DNA of 64,000 nucleotides from Armatimonadota bacterium (GCA_046292385.1 JBKBRF010000033.1:16113-80112), one strand, 5' to 3'; counted from the first letter of the stretch, positions 1-9,565 are shown. The notes: generated by a model from the sequence alone, not told the origin. A program made the numbers and translations.

Positions 1-303
1 GTAGGAGGCCGCGATGGCGGCCGCCTCCGGCTCAGCCCCCGGCTCGGGGTCGAAGCCGCCGACGTAAGGCTCGTAGTCGCCCGTGATCGAATTGACCGCC
101 TCGAAGACCGCCAACTGCGTGATGGCGGCCCAGCGGGCCTGGAAGAGCGGGTTGCTCGGGGCGCTCGGCGGAGCGTTGACCGACACCACCCGCTGCATGA
201 TCTCGTTCCACCCCGTAACCGTGTCGGCGCGTGCGGGACGGGCGCCCATCAGCACCAGCATCGCGACGGCCAGGTAGGCCAGTGGCTGAAGAAGCCGTTT
301 CAT
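1..303 (-). CDS. Secreted vanadium-dependent haloperoxidase/PAP2-like protein, N-terminal part (runs off the window)
   Basis: Not in the ORF track; manual translation from ATG at 303 (RBS GAGGAGG) gives MKRLLQPLAYLAVAMLVLMGARPARA-DTVTGWNEIMQ...ARWAAITQLAVFEAVNSITGDYEPY...EAAAIAASY. This is a signal peptide plus the typical N-terminus of bacterial VHPO-like proteins. The catalytic part lies outside the window. Confidence 0.7.
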   Translation of the reverse strand, partial: MKRLLQPLAYLAVAMLVLMGARPARADTVTGWNEIMQRVVSVNAPPSAPSNPLFQARWAAITQLAVFEAVNSITGDYEPYVGGFDPEPGAEPEAAAIAASY

Positions 304-377
304 CCGTCTGCCTCCTCATCGGCGCACTCTCCGGGACGGAGAGGCCGGTCGCCCGGGAAAGCGGGAGACCTGCCCTC

Positions 378-448
378 AATGTAACCGTCCACCCTCTCGG
401 GACTCTCCCAGGTGAGGGGTGGAAGGAACACTCTCGGAAGCCTCTCAG
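378..448 (-). promoter_or_regulatory. Putative SARP-activated promoter 1
   Basis: -10-like TACATT (378-383, minus strand) plus repeats TCTCGG 395, TCCCAG 406, TCTCGG 432, TCTCAG 443; same spacing as the promoters at 2272 and 7605. Confidence 0.7.
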
Positions 449-510
449 CGCTGCCTGGCTCCCCGGCGCTCCGTCCGATCCAACAGATCCGTCCGATCTG
501 CCGAAGGCAA

Positions 511-542
511 GGAAAAGCCGAACCCGTCTGGGGGTCCGGCTT
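511..542 (-). terminator. Intrinsic terminator-like hairpin after the Kelch gene
   Basis: Minus strand AAGCCGGACCC..GGGTTCGGCTT then TTCC; the G-U pair works only on the minus strand; homologous to 2357-2390. Confidence 0.6.
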
Positions 543-569
543 CATCCTTCGGAGCGGCTCGAGCCCAAC

Positions 570-2198
570 TCACCTGGTGATGGTGATGTACGTGTAGGCC
601 GTCGCCGGGCTGACACCCGCCTTGGTGATGGTGACGGTAATCCGGGAGGATGAGCGCCGCGGCTGGAACTTGTGCTTTCCCGTGACGGTGAACCCGCCTC
701 CGGCCTTCACCTGGATGGTTCCACTGGAGGAACCGCCGTCTCCCCATTGAATGGTCGCCTTGTAGGCAGTCGCTGCGGACGGGTTCAGGTCCGTAAAGTT
801 CGCGACCGGCCCAGAATACTGGCTGCTGCCGGTGACGATGTTGAGGCCCGTGGCGCTCAACTGCGGCGTCACCCTCGCGTAGCCGCTCGAGACGCCCCAG
901 GAACCGTCGGCCGCAGCCACGGTGATCCGCATTACAAGGGTGCCCGGGGTGGTGTAGGTGTGCGACCCTGCCACGCTGAACCCGCCGCTGCCGTTGGCAG
1001 TGATGAGACCGACGGACGTCTGCCCGTCCCCCCACTGGATGGAGGCGTTGAAGTCCGCGGCTCTGGTCGAGCGTGGGTCCGTGAAGCTAGCGACAACTCC
1101 CGTAAACGCGACCCTTTCGATCGCCTGGATCGACGCGGCCGTGACGTTGGGTCCCGTGGTCTGGTAGACCTCTACCTGGCGCTGTGTCAACAGATACCCG
1201 TCCCAGCTCTGGTCCCATCCGCCCAGAACATAAATGCTCCCGTCCTGGCCCATGGTTACGGCCGGCAGGTCGTGTACGGCGTTCGGCCGCGCCACGGCGG
1301 CCCAGCTATCCCGAGCGGGATCGTAAGCCTCGACCGAGTTGTAATACACCCAGCCGTATTCGTCGAAGTCGCTTCCGATCGCGTAGATCCGGCCATCCCC
1401 GGCGGGACTCAGGTGGACACCCTCGGTGTGCCCGGCCGACAGAGGGGCGAGCGACTCCCAGGCGTTCGCGAGCGCATCGAATCGGTAGACGGCGGTGCTT
1501 ACGGCGCCATCCGGGTTATAGCCGCCGGCGAAATAGATTCGCCCCCCGGCGTCGCTCGTCACACCTGCCCCCTGGAGGAGCCTGATCGGAGGGTCGATTC
1601 GCGGAGACCAGGCGTTCGTGGCGATGTTGTAGGCGATCAGGTACGGAGGCAAGGGAACGCCGTCGTGTCGACCGACTATGGCGTAGATCCGGCCGTCGTT
1701 CCCCACCGCCGCCGAGTTGACGTGTTCCGTAGACGGATCGATGGGCAGCGACGCGATGGGCGACCACTGGTTGGCACGGGTGTCGAAGGCTTCCGCACGG
1801 GTGGCATAGGGCTCCGCCAGGTCATAACCCTGGAAACCGCCGATCGCGTAGATGCGCCCGTCCCGGCCGGTGACACATCCGAAGTAGGCGCGACGATTGG
1901 CCATAGGGGCCACGGAAACCCAGGTGCCGGTCCGGCGATCGTAGGCAAACACCGCCGCCGAATAGTTCCAGCCATCGTGGCCGCCGAGGACGTAGACGCG
2001 GCCGTCTGGACCGGTGGCCGCGCCGGCCCACCCGAGACCGACAGGCATGGGTTCGACATACTTCCACGTGCCCACGTCGGCCCGCGCGGGGCCGGCGGCG
2101 CAGCAGAGCAGCACCGCTGCCGTCGCAAGACATTTGAAGGAACCCCGGAGCATCGACATCCCTTTCGCCAGGCCCATTCGCTTGATGGCCAGTTTCAT
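570..2198 (-). CDS. Secreted Kelch-repeat beta-propeller protein with two C-terminal Ig/PKD-like repeats
   Basis: Start trimmed to MKLAIK at 2198; signal peptide ending PARA-D; repeated DGRIY(A/V)IGG...YD...W Kelch blades; two 'A(S/T)IQWGDG...G' Ig-like units. Confidence 0.85.
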   Translation of the reverse strand: MKLAIKRMGLAKGMSMLRGSFKCLATAAVLLCCAAGPARADVGTWKYVEPMPVGLGWAGAATGPDGRVYVLGGHDGWNYSAAVFAYDRRTGTWVSVAPMANRRAYFGCVTGRDGRIYAIGGFQGYDLAEPYATRAEAFDTRANQWSPIASLPIDPSTEHVNSAAVGNDGRIYAIVGRHDGVPLPPYLIAYNIATNAWSPRIDPPIRLLQGAGVTSDAGGRIYFAGGYNPDGAVSTAVYRFDALANAWESLAPLSAGHTEGVHLSPAGDGRIYAIGSDFDEYGWVYYNSVEAYDPARDSWAAVARPNAVHDLPAVTMGQDGSIYVLGGWDQSWDGYLLTQRQVEVYQTTGPNVTAASIQAIERVAFTGVVASFTDPRSTRAADFNASIQWGDGQTSVGLITANGSGGFSVAGSHTYTTPGTLVMRITVAAADGSWGVSSGYARVTPQLSATGLNIVTGSSQYSGPVANFTDLNPSAATAYKATIQWGDGGSSSGTIQVKAGGGFTVTGKHKFQPRRSSSRITVTITKAGVSPATAYTYITITR

Positions 2199-2271
2199 CC
2201 CACTCTCTCCCGAAATGGTGGCACTCTCCCGATGGAGGTGCGGGCCGCCCTGGAGCGGGAGTCCCAGCCTG

Positions 2272-2342
2272 AATGTAACCGGCCGCTCTCTCGGGACTCT
2301 CCCAGGGGAGGGGTAAAACGAACTTTCTCGAAAGGCTCTCAC
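2272..2342 (-). promoter_or_regulatory. Putative SARP-activated promoter 2
   Basis: TACATT at 2272-2277 (minus strand) plus TCTCGG 2289, TCCCAG 2300, TCTCGA 2326, TCTCAC 2337. Confidence 0.7.
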
Positions 2343-2356
2343 CAGGCAGGAGCCCG

Positions 2357-2390
2357 AAAGTAAAGCCGAACCCCTCCTGGGAGTCCGGCT
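2357..2390 (-). terminator. Intrinsic terminator-like hairpin after the prepilin gene
   Basis: Minus strand AGCCGGACTCC..GGGGTTCGGCT followed by TTACTTTC. Confidence 0.6.
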
Positions 2391-2441
2391 CATCCTGCTT
2401 CTTTCGGAAACGGCCAACTGGCCGCGTCAGGGATTAAGCGG

Positions 2442-3356
2442 TCACGTGCTGATCGCGCTGGGGTGGACCGTCATGTTCGGCTCCTGTTCCGGCCGGAAGA
2501 GCAGCATGCGTCCGCAGGGGTCGACCCACGCCTGCGCGATGGTGCCGTCCGCGTGGTAGCGGAACGGCTCCGTCGCCGGGTCGGTGTTCATCGTGGTCCC
2601 CCCCACCTTCTTCCACCTGGCGTGGCCGTCCGCGTAGAGCCAGTGCTGGCCACCGTGGTGCGCCTCGGGGCGACCGTTCATGAACATCTGGACATAGAAG
2701 GTGCCCCGCGCACCGGTGCTGGTCCTCCCGGTGGCGGGATCACAGTCTCCCAGCCGGAAGGGCCAGGCACTCTCCGGCGCGAAGAGCGGGTGGACCCCGG
2801 GGTTGATCTGTCCGGCTCCCCGCCATCGGGAGCGGCCGGTCTCCCAGAGCAGCGGCACGAGCGCCGGGTAGCGGACCTCGGATTGGTTCAGCGCGCCCAG
2901 CAGCCCGTTGAACGAATAGCTGATCTCCGTCGGCTGGACGCCGGGGGTGAGGTTCGCCATCGCTGGATCTCCGGGGATCAGGTCGGCGGTCTCACCCGAG
3001 GGGCAGGCCCAGATCTTGTAGCTCCGGGTGTACGCGTAGACGGCATTGGGGCCCTGAGAGCTGTACCACGCCAGGTGTTCGGGTGAGCTCCGGTCGACCA
3101 CCAGGTTGGGCGGCGAGTAGTAAGCCAGCCGGCCGGCCCGGTCGGGAGCCTGGGCGCCGAGGGGAAAGAGCTCGTCGTGATCCTGTACGTAGAGCATGAA
3201 GGCATTGCCGAGCTGCCTCAGGTTTGAAAGGCAGGTCGCCGCTCGACCCTTCTCCCGCGCTGCCGCGAGTACCGGAAAGAGCAGCGCCGCCAGGATGGCG
3301 ATGATCGCGATCGCCACCATCAGCTCGATCAGCGTAAAGGCACGTTTGCGGGACAT
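2442..3356 (-). CDS. Prepilin-type N-terminal cleavage/methylation protein with H-X9-DG motif (DUF1559-like)
   Basis: AFTLIELMVAIAIIAILAALLFPV, CLSNLRQLG, HHGGQHWLYADGHA. Confidence 0.9.
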   Translation of the reverse strand: MSRKRAFTLIELMVAIAIIAILAALLFPVLAAAREKGRAATCLSNLRQLGNAFMLYVQDHDELFPLGAQAPDRAGRLAYYSPPNLVVDRSSPEHLAWYSSQGPNAVYAYTRSYKIWACPSGETADLIPGDPAMANLTPGVQPTEISYSFNGLLGALNQSEVRYPALVPLLWETGRSRWRGAGQINPGVHPLFAPESAWPFRLGDCDPATGRTSTGARGTFYVQMFMNGRPEAHHGGQHWLYADGHARWKKVGGTTMNTDPATEPFRYHADGTIAQAWVDPCGRMLLFRPEQEPNMTVHPSAIST

Positions 3357-3387
3357 CGGAATCTCCTGTGTGCGCGCGGAGATAAAG

Positions 3388-3996
3388 TCACTCTACAGTG
3401 CCGGCGCCGTGGGCGGCCGGGTCAAAACCGGCGGGCCAGCGGGTGCCGCGGTTAAAGCCGGCGCGTTCCAGGATGGCGCCAGTCAGGTTCGCACCGTCAA
3501 GGTTCGCGTCGTCCAACTGGGCGTCGGACAGGTTGGCGTTTGCCAGGTTGGCCCCCGAGAGGTCGGCGCCGCTGAGGTTCACCCCTTCGAGGCGCGCCCC
3601 GGTGAGATTGGCGCCGGGAAGGCGTGCCCGGGCGAGCTGGGAGCCGGTGAGAGAGGCGCCGGAGAGATCGGCGCGACTCAGGTCCGCTTCCGTCAGGTTC
3701 GCCGTGCGGAGGTTGGCGTTTCTCAGGTTCGCCCCGGCGAAGCTCCGGCCGTGGAGCGCTGCCCGCTCCAGGTTGGCCGGCCCGAGCCGACCGGGCAGGA
3801 GGAACCCGGCGACGGCCACCACTCCCACCGCGGCGGCCAGCAGCCAGCGGCTCTGGAGCGTCGCGATCCCATTCCGGATTCGTTCGCTCACCGGCGCGGG
3901 CGCCGCCGCCACGAGCTCGGCTCCGCAGTCATAGCAGGAGCTCTTCCCGGCCGGGTTGGGGGCGCCGCAGCGGCTGCAAGGGTTCATCCGGGACAT
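3388..3996 (-). CDS. Zinc-ribbon, TM and pentapeptide-repeat protein
   Basis: CSRC...CYDC, hydrophobic helix, then A(N/D)LxG repeats ending WPAGFDP. Confidence 0.9.
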   Translation of the reverse strand: MSRMNPCSRCGAPNPAGKSSCYDCGAELVAAAPAPVSERIRNGIATLQSRWLLAAAVGVVAVAGFLLPGRLGPANLERAALHGRSFAGANLRNANLRTANLTEADLSRADLSGASLTGSQLARARLPGANLTGARLEGVNLSGADLSGANLANANLSDAQLDDANLDGANLTGAILERAGFNRGTRWPAGFDPAAHGAGTVE

Positions 3997-4005
3997 TAGG
4001 CGCTC

Positions 4006-7000
4006 CTACCTCGCTCCGCCTGCCGCCGGCCGGACATCCGGCACGGTGACCGCGGCCTGGAACGGCCACATGCGTTGAACGCGCCGGCGATCGGTCTCGT
4101 TGAACGTGGCGGCGCGCCAGAGCCGCACCCTCCCGTCACCGGCTCCGGCGGCCAGCATGCGGCCGTCCGGGGAGAACACCGCCGAGTTGATGAAGTGAGA
4201 GCCGACGTCGAGCGAGGCGACCTCCCGGCGGGCAGTGACGTTGACGTTATAGATCTTGACCACCCGGTCGGTGCTGCCCACGGCCAGGCTGTTGCCGTCC
4301 GGCGAGAAGGCCACCGAGTAAATGTAGCCGTGGACCCCCTTCAGCGTTGCCGCGGGCAGCTCCGCTTTGCCGGCCCCGGGAACGGGCCGCGTCACGTCCC
4401 ACAGGCTGACATTCCCGTCGGACTGGCCGGCGGCGATCAGCCTGCCGTTCGGTGAGAAAGCGATCGAAAGCGAGTAGCCGCCGCGAGGCGAGAGTATCCG
4501 GGGTGTCTGGTCCTCTCCCCTCGCGATCTCCCAGAGGCGGATGGTCCGATCCTGGCTGGAGCTGGCCACCATCCGTCCGTCCGGCGAGAATGCGACACAC
4601 GCGACCGGTGCGGTATGCGCCTGCAGAGTGGCGATCTGGTGGACCGGGCGCTCGGCCACGTTCCAGAGCCGGACGTTGCAGTCTCCTTCCGCCGAGGCGA
4701 GGGTGCGGCCGTCGGGCGAGAAGGCGAGGGAGTAGATCCCGTGCGCGTGCCGCTTCAAGGGCCGGATCAACTCTTCTCGGGTCTCGACGTCCCAGAGGCG
4801 AATGGTGCTGTCCGCGCCCGCCGTGGCGAGGGTGCGGCCGTCGGGGGAGAACGCCACGGAGAAGACGGCGTCCTTGTGCCCCTTGAAGGTAGCGGGCGTC
4901 TGGCTCCGGCCCCCGGACACCTCCCAGAGGTAGACGCTGCGGTCGAACCCCGCGGTCGCGAGCCTCTTGCTGTCGGGGGAGAACGCCACCGCGGCGACGG
5001 TGTCGTCGTGGCGGGGGAGATGGTCCTGATCGGCGCTGACGGAGGAGGGCCACAGCTTCACGGTCCCGTCCGCGCCGGCGGAGGCGAGGGTTCTGCCATC
5101 CGGCGAGACAGCGACGCAGTGGACCTCCGCGCGGTGTCCAGCGAGTGTGCGGAGCAGCTCGCCACGCCCGTTGTCACGCGGGGTACTCACGTCCCAGAGC
5201 ATGATCGCGGTGTCCCAGCCGCCCGAGACCAGCATCTTGCCATCGGGGGAAAACGCCAGCGAATGCACGTTCGTGGAGTGGCCCCGAAAGCTTCGCAGCA
5301 GCTTGCGGGTGCGCACGTCCCAGAGTCGGCCGAACCCGTCCACTCCACCCGCCGCCAGGAGTGAGCCGTCGGGCGAGAGCGCAAGCGAGGTGAACGCCAC
5401 CTGCCGGCGGCGGCTGTTGGCGGCGGCCCCGTCGAACGGCCGCTTTCGGAAGTTCGCGGTCGCGAAGATGCGTCCGTTGCTTAGCGTCCGGGCCCCGGGC
5501 TTCGCCTCCGCCAGGCTCCAGGTCCGGATCGTGTCGTCGCCGGCGGACGCGAGAGTCTTTCCGTCCGGAGTAAAGGCGACCACGAAGACCCGGGCCGTAT
5601 GTCCCGTCAGGGTCAGCGCGGTCTGGTCCTGACCCTTCACCATGTCCCACACCCGGATCGTCCGGTCGTCGCTGGCAGTCGCCACCTTCCCGCCGTCCGG
5701 GGAGAAGGCAACCGACCAGACGATGCCGTTATGCGCGGGAATGCTCATCACCTGGCGGCGGGAGGGGACATCCCAGATCCTGAGTGTGCCGTCCAGGCTT
5801 CCGGAGGCGAGTCGCCGTCCATCGGGTGAGAACGCGACGCAGTCCACCTCTTCCGTATGGCCGGTCAGGGTGGCGACTTCATGGCCCGTAGCCGCGTCCC
5901 ACAGCCGCACCGTGCGGTCTCCGCCCGCGGAGGCGACACGGCGTCCGTCCGGGGAGAAGGCGACGGAGGTAACCACCCCTACGTGCCCGGTAAAGGTCGC
6001 GCTGGCCTCGCCCTGGCAGAGGCGCCAGAGATAGCGCCACTCGAACCCCCGCACGTCCGCGTCGCCGGGTCGGGGGCGGTGTCCTTCTAACAACTCCGCC
6101 GCCCGGGCAAGATCCCGCCGCTCCCAGGCGCGCTGGGCGAGGTTCATGTCCGCCGCGTAGAGGTAGTGCTCCGCCATCCGCCGATTCTGGGCTTCCCGCT
6201 GTGCCGTGCTGCGCTCCGAGAACGCCAGACCGCCGATGACCGCCATAATCGCGGATGAGACGGCGGCGGTGCGCAGGAGCCCCCGCCGGAACGCGGCTTT
6301 CTGGCGGCGCACCTCCGCATCCGGCATGTGCAGCCTGACCCAGTCCAGATCGAAGACCCGCTCGTAGATCCGGTTGCGGACGGCCAGGAATGCCCTGCAC
6401 TTTCTTCTCGCGGGCAGTCCCACCTGATCGGCGACGCGGACGATCCCCGAGAGGCGCAGGAGGCTGACCAGAGGGTTGTTCTCGTCGCCGCTCACCCGCT
6501 TGCCGCGCCGCACCAGCCCGTAGAGATCCAGGAGGGCGGCGAGATCGACCTCGCTTCGCAGGAGACGGTCCCGCACGAAGAGCAGGTTGTCGTCCCGCTC
6601 CCGGGCGGCCAACGAGAGGAACAGCGCTTCGCAGACCCGATCCACGCCCGCGGCATCGCGGACGGTCCCATCCTGGACGACGGCCAGGCAGAGGCGCTGC
6701 GTCAGGTACGGGTGCCCGCCGGTCCAGAACAGAGTGCGCCGCAGCAGAAGGCCGGCGTGGCTCTTCCCCAGTCCCGGCACGTCGCGCTTCTCCAGGCCGA
6801 ACGCCAGCGGCATGGCCTCCGCTTCGGTGAAGTCCGTGAGCTCGATCCGGCGGCCGATGTTGAACGGGGTGGTGCGGGTGTCCTGAATCAGGTCCGAAGG
6901 AGAAGCGACGCCGAGCAGGCAGAAGGTGAGCCGCTCGTAGCGCGGGTCTTCCGACCGCCGGTTGAAGCAGGCGCGGAGAGCGGCGAAAAACTCGTCCGTG

Positions 7001-7476
7001 GAGAACGGGAGGGAGCGCACGGTATCGATCTCGTCGATGAAGATCACCAGCCGCTGGCCGGGTCCGCAGGAGAGCGTCACCACGGTGGGAAGCACCACCT
7101 CCCGGAGCGCCCGCACCCAGCGCTGCAGCGGGCTCAGGTGCGCGTGCTCCCTCCAGAACCGGTGCAACTCCCGCTCCAGGTCCAGCTGCTCGCCGATGAT
7201 GCCCAGCAGCCCCTCGTACCACTGCTCGGGGGAGAGGTTCTGGCCTAGCGTGGTGAGGTCCAGGACTGCGACGCTCGTGCCCACCTCACGCAGGCGCACC
7301 GCCGTGCGGACCATCAGGGAGCTCTTACCCATCTGCCGGGCGGTGAGGAGATAGCAATACTCCCCTTGCAGCAGCGCGTGGTACAGCTCGTCGTCCGCCC
7401 GTCGTTCCACGTACGAGGGCGCCTCCGGACGGAGGGTTCCCCCCGTGACGTAAAAGCTGGAAGTGAGCGTCTTCAC
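4006..7476 (-). CDS. AAA_35-type P-loop ATPase with TM helix and about 14 WD40 repeats
   Basis: YVERRAD, Walker A ARQMGKS, Walker B IFIDEID, TGGHPYLTQ, hydrophobic segment AAVSSAIMAVIGGLAF, many GH...VAFSPDG...LWD repeats. Confidence 0.92.
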   Translation of the reverse strand: MKTLTSSFYVTGGTLRPEAPSYVERRADDELYHALLQGEYCYLLTARQMGKSSLMVRTAVRLREVGTSVAVLDLTTLGQNLSPEQWYEGLLGIIGEQLDLERELHRFWREHAHLSPLQRWVRALREVVLPTVVTLSCGPGQRLVIFIDEIDTVRSLPFSTDEFFAALRACFNRRSEDPRYERLTFCLLGVASPSDLIQDTRTTPFNIGRRIELTDFTEAEAMPLAFGLEKRDVPGLGKSHAGLLLRRTLFWTGGHPYLTQRLCLAVVQDGTVRDAAGVDRVCEALFLSLAARERDDNLLFVRDRLLRSEVDLAALLDLYGLVRRGKRVSGDENNPLVSLLRLSGIVRVADQVGLPARRKCRAFLAVRNRIYERVFDLDWVRLHMPDAEVRRQKAAFRRGLLRTAAVSSAIMAVIGGLAFSERSTAQREAQNRRMAEHYLYAADMNLAQRAWERRDLARAAELLEGHRPRPGDADVRGFEWRYLWRLCQGEASATFTGHVGVVTSVAFSPDGRRVASAGGDRTVRLWDAATGHEVATLTGHTEEVDCVAFSPDGRRLASGSLDGTLRIWDVPSRRQVMSIPAHNGIVWSVAFSPDGGKVATASDDRTIRVWDMVKGQDQTALTLTGHTARVFVVAFTPDGKTLASAGDDTIRTWSLAEAKPGARTLSNGRIFATANFRKRPFDGAAANSRRRQVAFTSLALSPDGSLLAAGGVDGFGRLWDVRTRKLLRSFRGHSTNVHSLAFSPDGKMLVSGGWDTAIMLWDVSTPRDNGRGELLRTLAGHRAEVHCVAVSPDGRTLASAGADGTVKLWPSSVSADQDHLPRHDDTVAAVAFSPDSKRLATAGFDRSVYLWEVSGGRSQTPATFKGHKDAVFSVAFSPDGRTLATAGADSTIRLWDVETREELIRPLKRHAHGIYSLAFSPDGRTLASAEGDCNVRLWNVAERPVHQIATLQAHTAPVACVAFSPDGRMVASSSQDRTIRLWEIARGEDQTPRILSPRGGYSLSIAFSPNGRLIAAGQSDGNVSLWDVTRPVPGAGKAELPAATLKGVHGYIYSVAFSPDGNSLAVGSTDRVVKIYNVNVTARREVASLDVGSHFINSAVFSPDGRMLAAGAGDGRVRLWRAATFNETDRRRVQRMWPFQAAVTVPDVRPAAGGAR

Positions 7477-7604
7477 GCAGGTTCCTGGCTCTGTACCGGC
7501 TGCACCCGTCCGCTCCGCCGCGTCTGGGTGGCCACTCGCTCACCCACCCGCCATTCCGAGTCGCTGCTCTTCGTTCGAGGACCCGGCCCCGGCACGCTGC
7601 TGAT

Positions 7605-7675
7605 ACTGTAGCTGGGGTCCGTCTCGGAGCTCTCTCAAAACCAGCGTCTCCGCAAGTCTCTCAGAACTCTCTCAC
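7605..7675 (-). promoter_or_regulatory. Putative SARP-activated promoter 3, upstream of the AAA_35-WD40 operon
   Basis: TACAGT at 7605-7610 (minus strand) plus TCTCGG 7622, TCTCAA 7633, TCTCAG 7659, TCTCAC 7670. Confidence 0.7.
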
Positions 7676-7693
7676 CACCGCGGGGGCGGGCTT

Positions 7694-9565
7694 TTACATG
7701 GCCAGCTTGCGGTGGAGGAAGCGAGCATAGACTTCACACCGAAGGCGCGCCGCACCCGATGCCTCTCCGGTGAGGACCCCGGCGCTGCGCAGGCGGAAGA
7801 AGCTCTCCGCGGAGGGGCACGGGTGTCCGTCCAGCACGGCGCGGAGCGCCTGGGTGAGGTCGGGATCCCGCGCCAGAGCGGCGAGCAAGCGGCGAAGGTG
7901 ATCGCTGAAGATTCCTTCCTCTCGCTCCGCGTCGGCTTCGAAGGCATCGATCGGCCGCTGGCGCGGGTCCGACTCGGTCCCATGCCGCGTCGCCATCTCG
8001 TGGAGGCCGCGCCGCACGAGGTAGGGATGACCGCCCACCAGCCGGTAGAAGCGCCCCAGCTCCTTCGCGTCGCGGAGTGGCCCGCCGTACCGGCTGTTGA
8101 GCTCCGCCACCTGGTCCCAGGTGAAGTCCTCCAGCACCAGGCGCGTCCCCACATTGAAGGGCGAATGGTTCAGGTCGCTGATGAAGAGGTGCGCCTCCGT
8201 GGCGTAGGCCATCGCGAGGGTCAGCCGGCCCCACGGCCCGGCGGGGTCCAGGGCTCGCTCGTTGTGCCACGAGCGGAAGATGCCAAATACCTCGCTGGCA
8301 AACCCGCACGAGAACAGCCGGTCCACTTCATCCAGCCCCCACACCAGGCGGGTCTCCAGCCGGCCCAGGACCTCCCGGCGCAGGTAGCGCCGGAGGCTCA
8401 GTCCTGCGCCGCCGCCTTCCCACGTCTCTGTGGGAACCCTATCTAGCTCCAACTGCTCGGAGATCCAGCTGGCGAGGACCCGGAACAGCGAGTCGGCCGA
8501 GGCAAGGTGCGCCTCGCTGAGGACCTGGAAATCGGTGAAGACCACCCGCGCTCCCGCCTCGCGCGCGTGCTGGAGCTCCCGGGCCAGGAGCGAGGTTTTG
8601 CCCACCTGGCGAGCGCCCTTTACCAGGACCAGGCTGTCCCCCCGCTTCACGGCCTGCCGGAACTCGCGATCCGCCGGGCGCGGCAGGTAGAACCGGGAGC
8701 CGAGCGGTACCGCCCCGCCGACCGGCTCCAGAAGCTCCCGGGGGACGGGGGGTAGAGAGGGCTCCGGCGCCGTGTCGCTCGCGCGCTCCGCTGGTACCGC
8801 CGTATGGGCGGGGCTGGCGGAGCCTCCCGCCAGCTCCGCGGCCAGTGCCCGGGTAGCGGCAGCTGGGGCAGCGTTCAACTCGCCCTTGAGGTGGGCCGCC
8901 AGCTCTTCGTAGTGGCGAAGCGCGGCGGCCGGCTGTCCCATCGCCGCGTGCAGCCGCATCACGGCGCGATGCGCGGTCTCGCGGAGTGGATCCGAATGCG
9001 CCGCGCGCAGGGCATAGAACAGCGCGCGCTCGTACTCCGCCATCTTCTCCAGCTCGGCGGAGAGCTGCTCCAGTGCCTGGAGCAGCAGCGAGCGAAGGCG
9101 GTGCTGCTCCGGAGGGATCCAGTCGTCATAGAACCCCGGCAGCAGCTCTCCCCGATGAAGATCCACCGCTTGCACCAGCAGGTCGATCCGCTCTTCGGAC
9201 CTCGAAACGGAGCGGGCGGCCCGCAGCCCGGCCTCGAACTCCCAAACGTCCGTCGTCACCGCGGCCGGATCCAGATGGACGGAAAAGCGGTTGGTCACCA
9301 GCACGGCGCCGTCCGGCACTCCCGGGGGCTCCAGATCGCGCCGGAGAGAGGAGAGCGCGACACTCAGGTTGTGCCGGCTGGACTCGACGCTGCCCTCCGG
9401 CCAGAGCAACCCGACCAGCACCTCGCGCGGATGACCGCGCGGAAGGTGGTAGGCCAGGTACGCCAACAGCGCCGCGGTCTTCTGAGTGCGGAATTGCGTG
9501 ATCTCCCGCTGGCCCTGGTTCACCCGCAGCCCGCCGAGGAGTTGGATCCTGCATCGAGTCTCCAT
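7694..9565 (-). CDS. SARP-family transcriptional activator (wHTH + BTAD) fused to an AAA_35-type ATPase
   Basis: Start METRC with [34 protein letters not shown] (wHTH); [15 protein letters not shown] (BTAD); [26 protein letters not shown]. Confidence 0.92.
   Translation of the reverse strand: METRCRIQLLGGLRVNQGQREITQFRTQKTAALLAYLAYHLPRGHPREVLVGLLWPEGSVESSRHNLSVALSSLRRDLEPPGVPDGAVLVTNRFSVHLDPAAVTTDVWEFEAGLRAARSVSRSEERIDLLVQAVDLHRGELLPGFYDDWIPPEQHRLRSLLLQALEQLSAELEKMAEYERALFYALRAAHSDPLRETAHRAVMRLHAAMGQPAAALRHYEELAAHLKGELNAAPAAATRALAAELAGGSASPAHTAVPAERASDTAPEPSLPPVPRELLEPVGGAVPLGSRFYLPRPADREFRQAVKRGDSLVLVKGARQVGKTSLLARELQHAREAGARVVFTDFQVLSEAHLASADSLFRVLASWISEQLELDRVPTETWEGGGAGLSLRRYLRREVLGRLETRLVWGLDEVDRLFSCGFASEVFGIFRSWHNERALDPAGPWGRLTLAMAYATEAHLFISDLNHSPFNVGTRLVLEDFTWDQVAELNSRYGGPLRDAKELGRFYRLVGGHPYLVRRGLHEMATRHGTESDPRQRPIDAFEADAEREEGIFSDHLRRLLAALARDPDLTQALRAVLDGHPCPSAESFFRLRSAGVLTGEASGAARLRCEVYARFLHRKLAM

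Noticed and set aside
355..376. GGAGACCTGCC resembling the cobalamin riboswitch B12 box
   Set aside because: Wrong strand for the downstream gene, other riboswitch elements absent, and the motif is not kept in the homologous leader at 2255-2270
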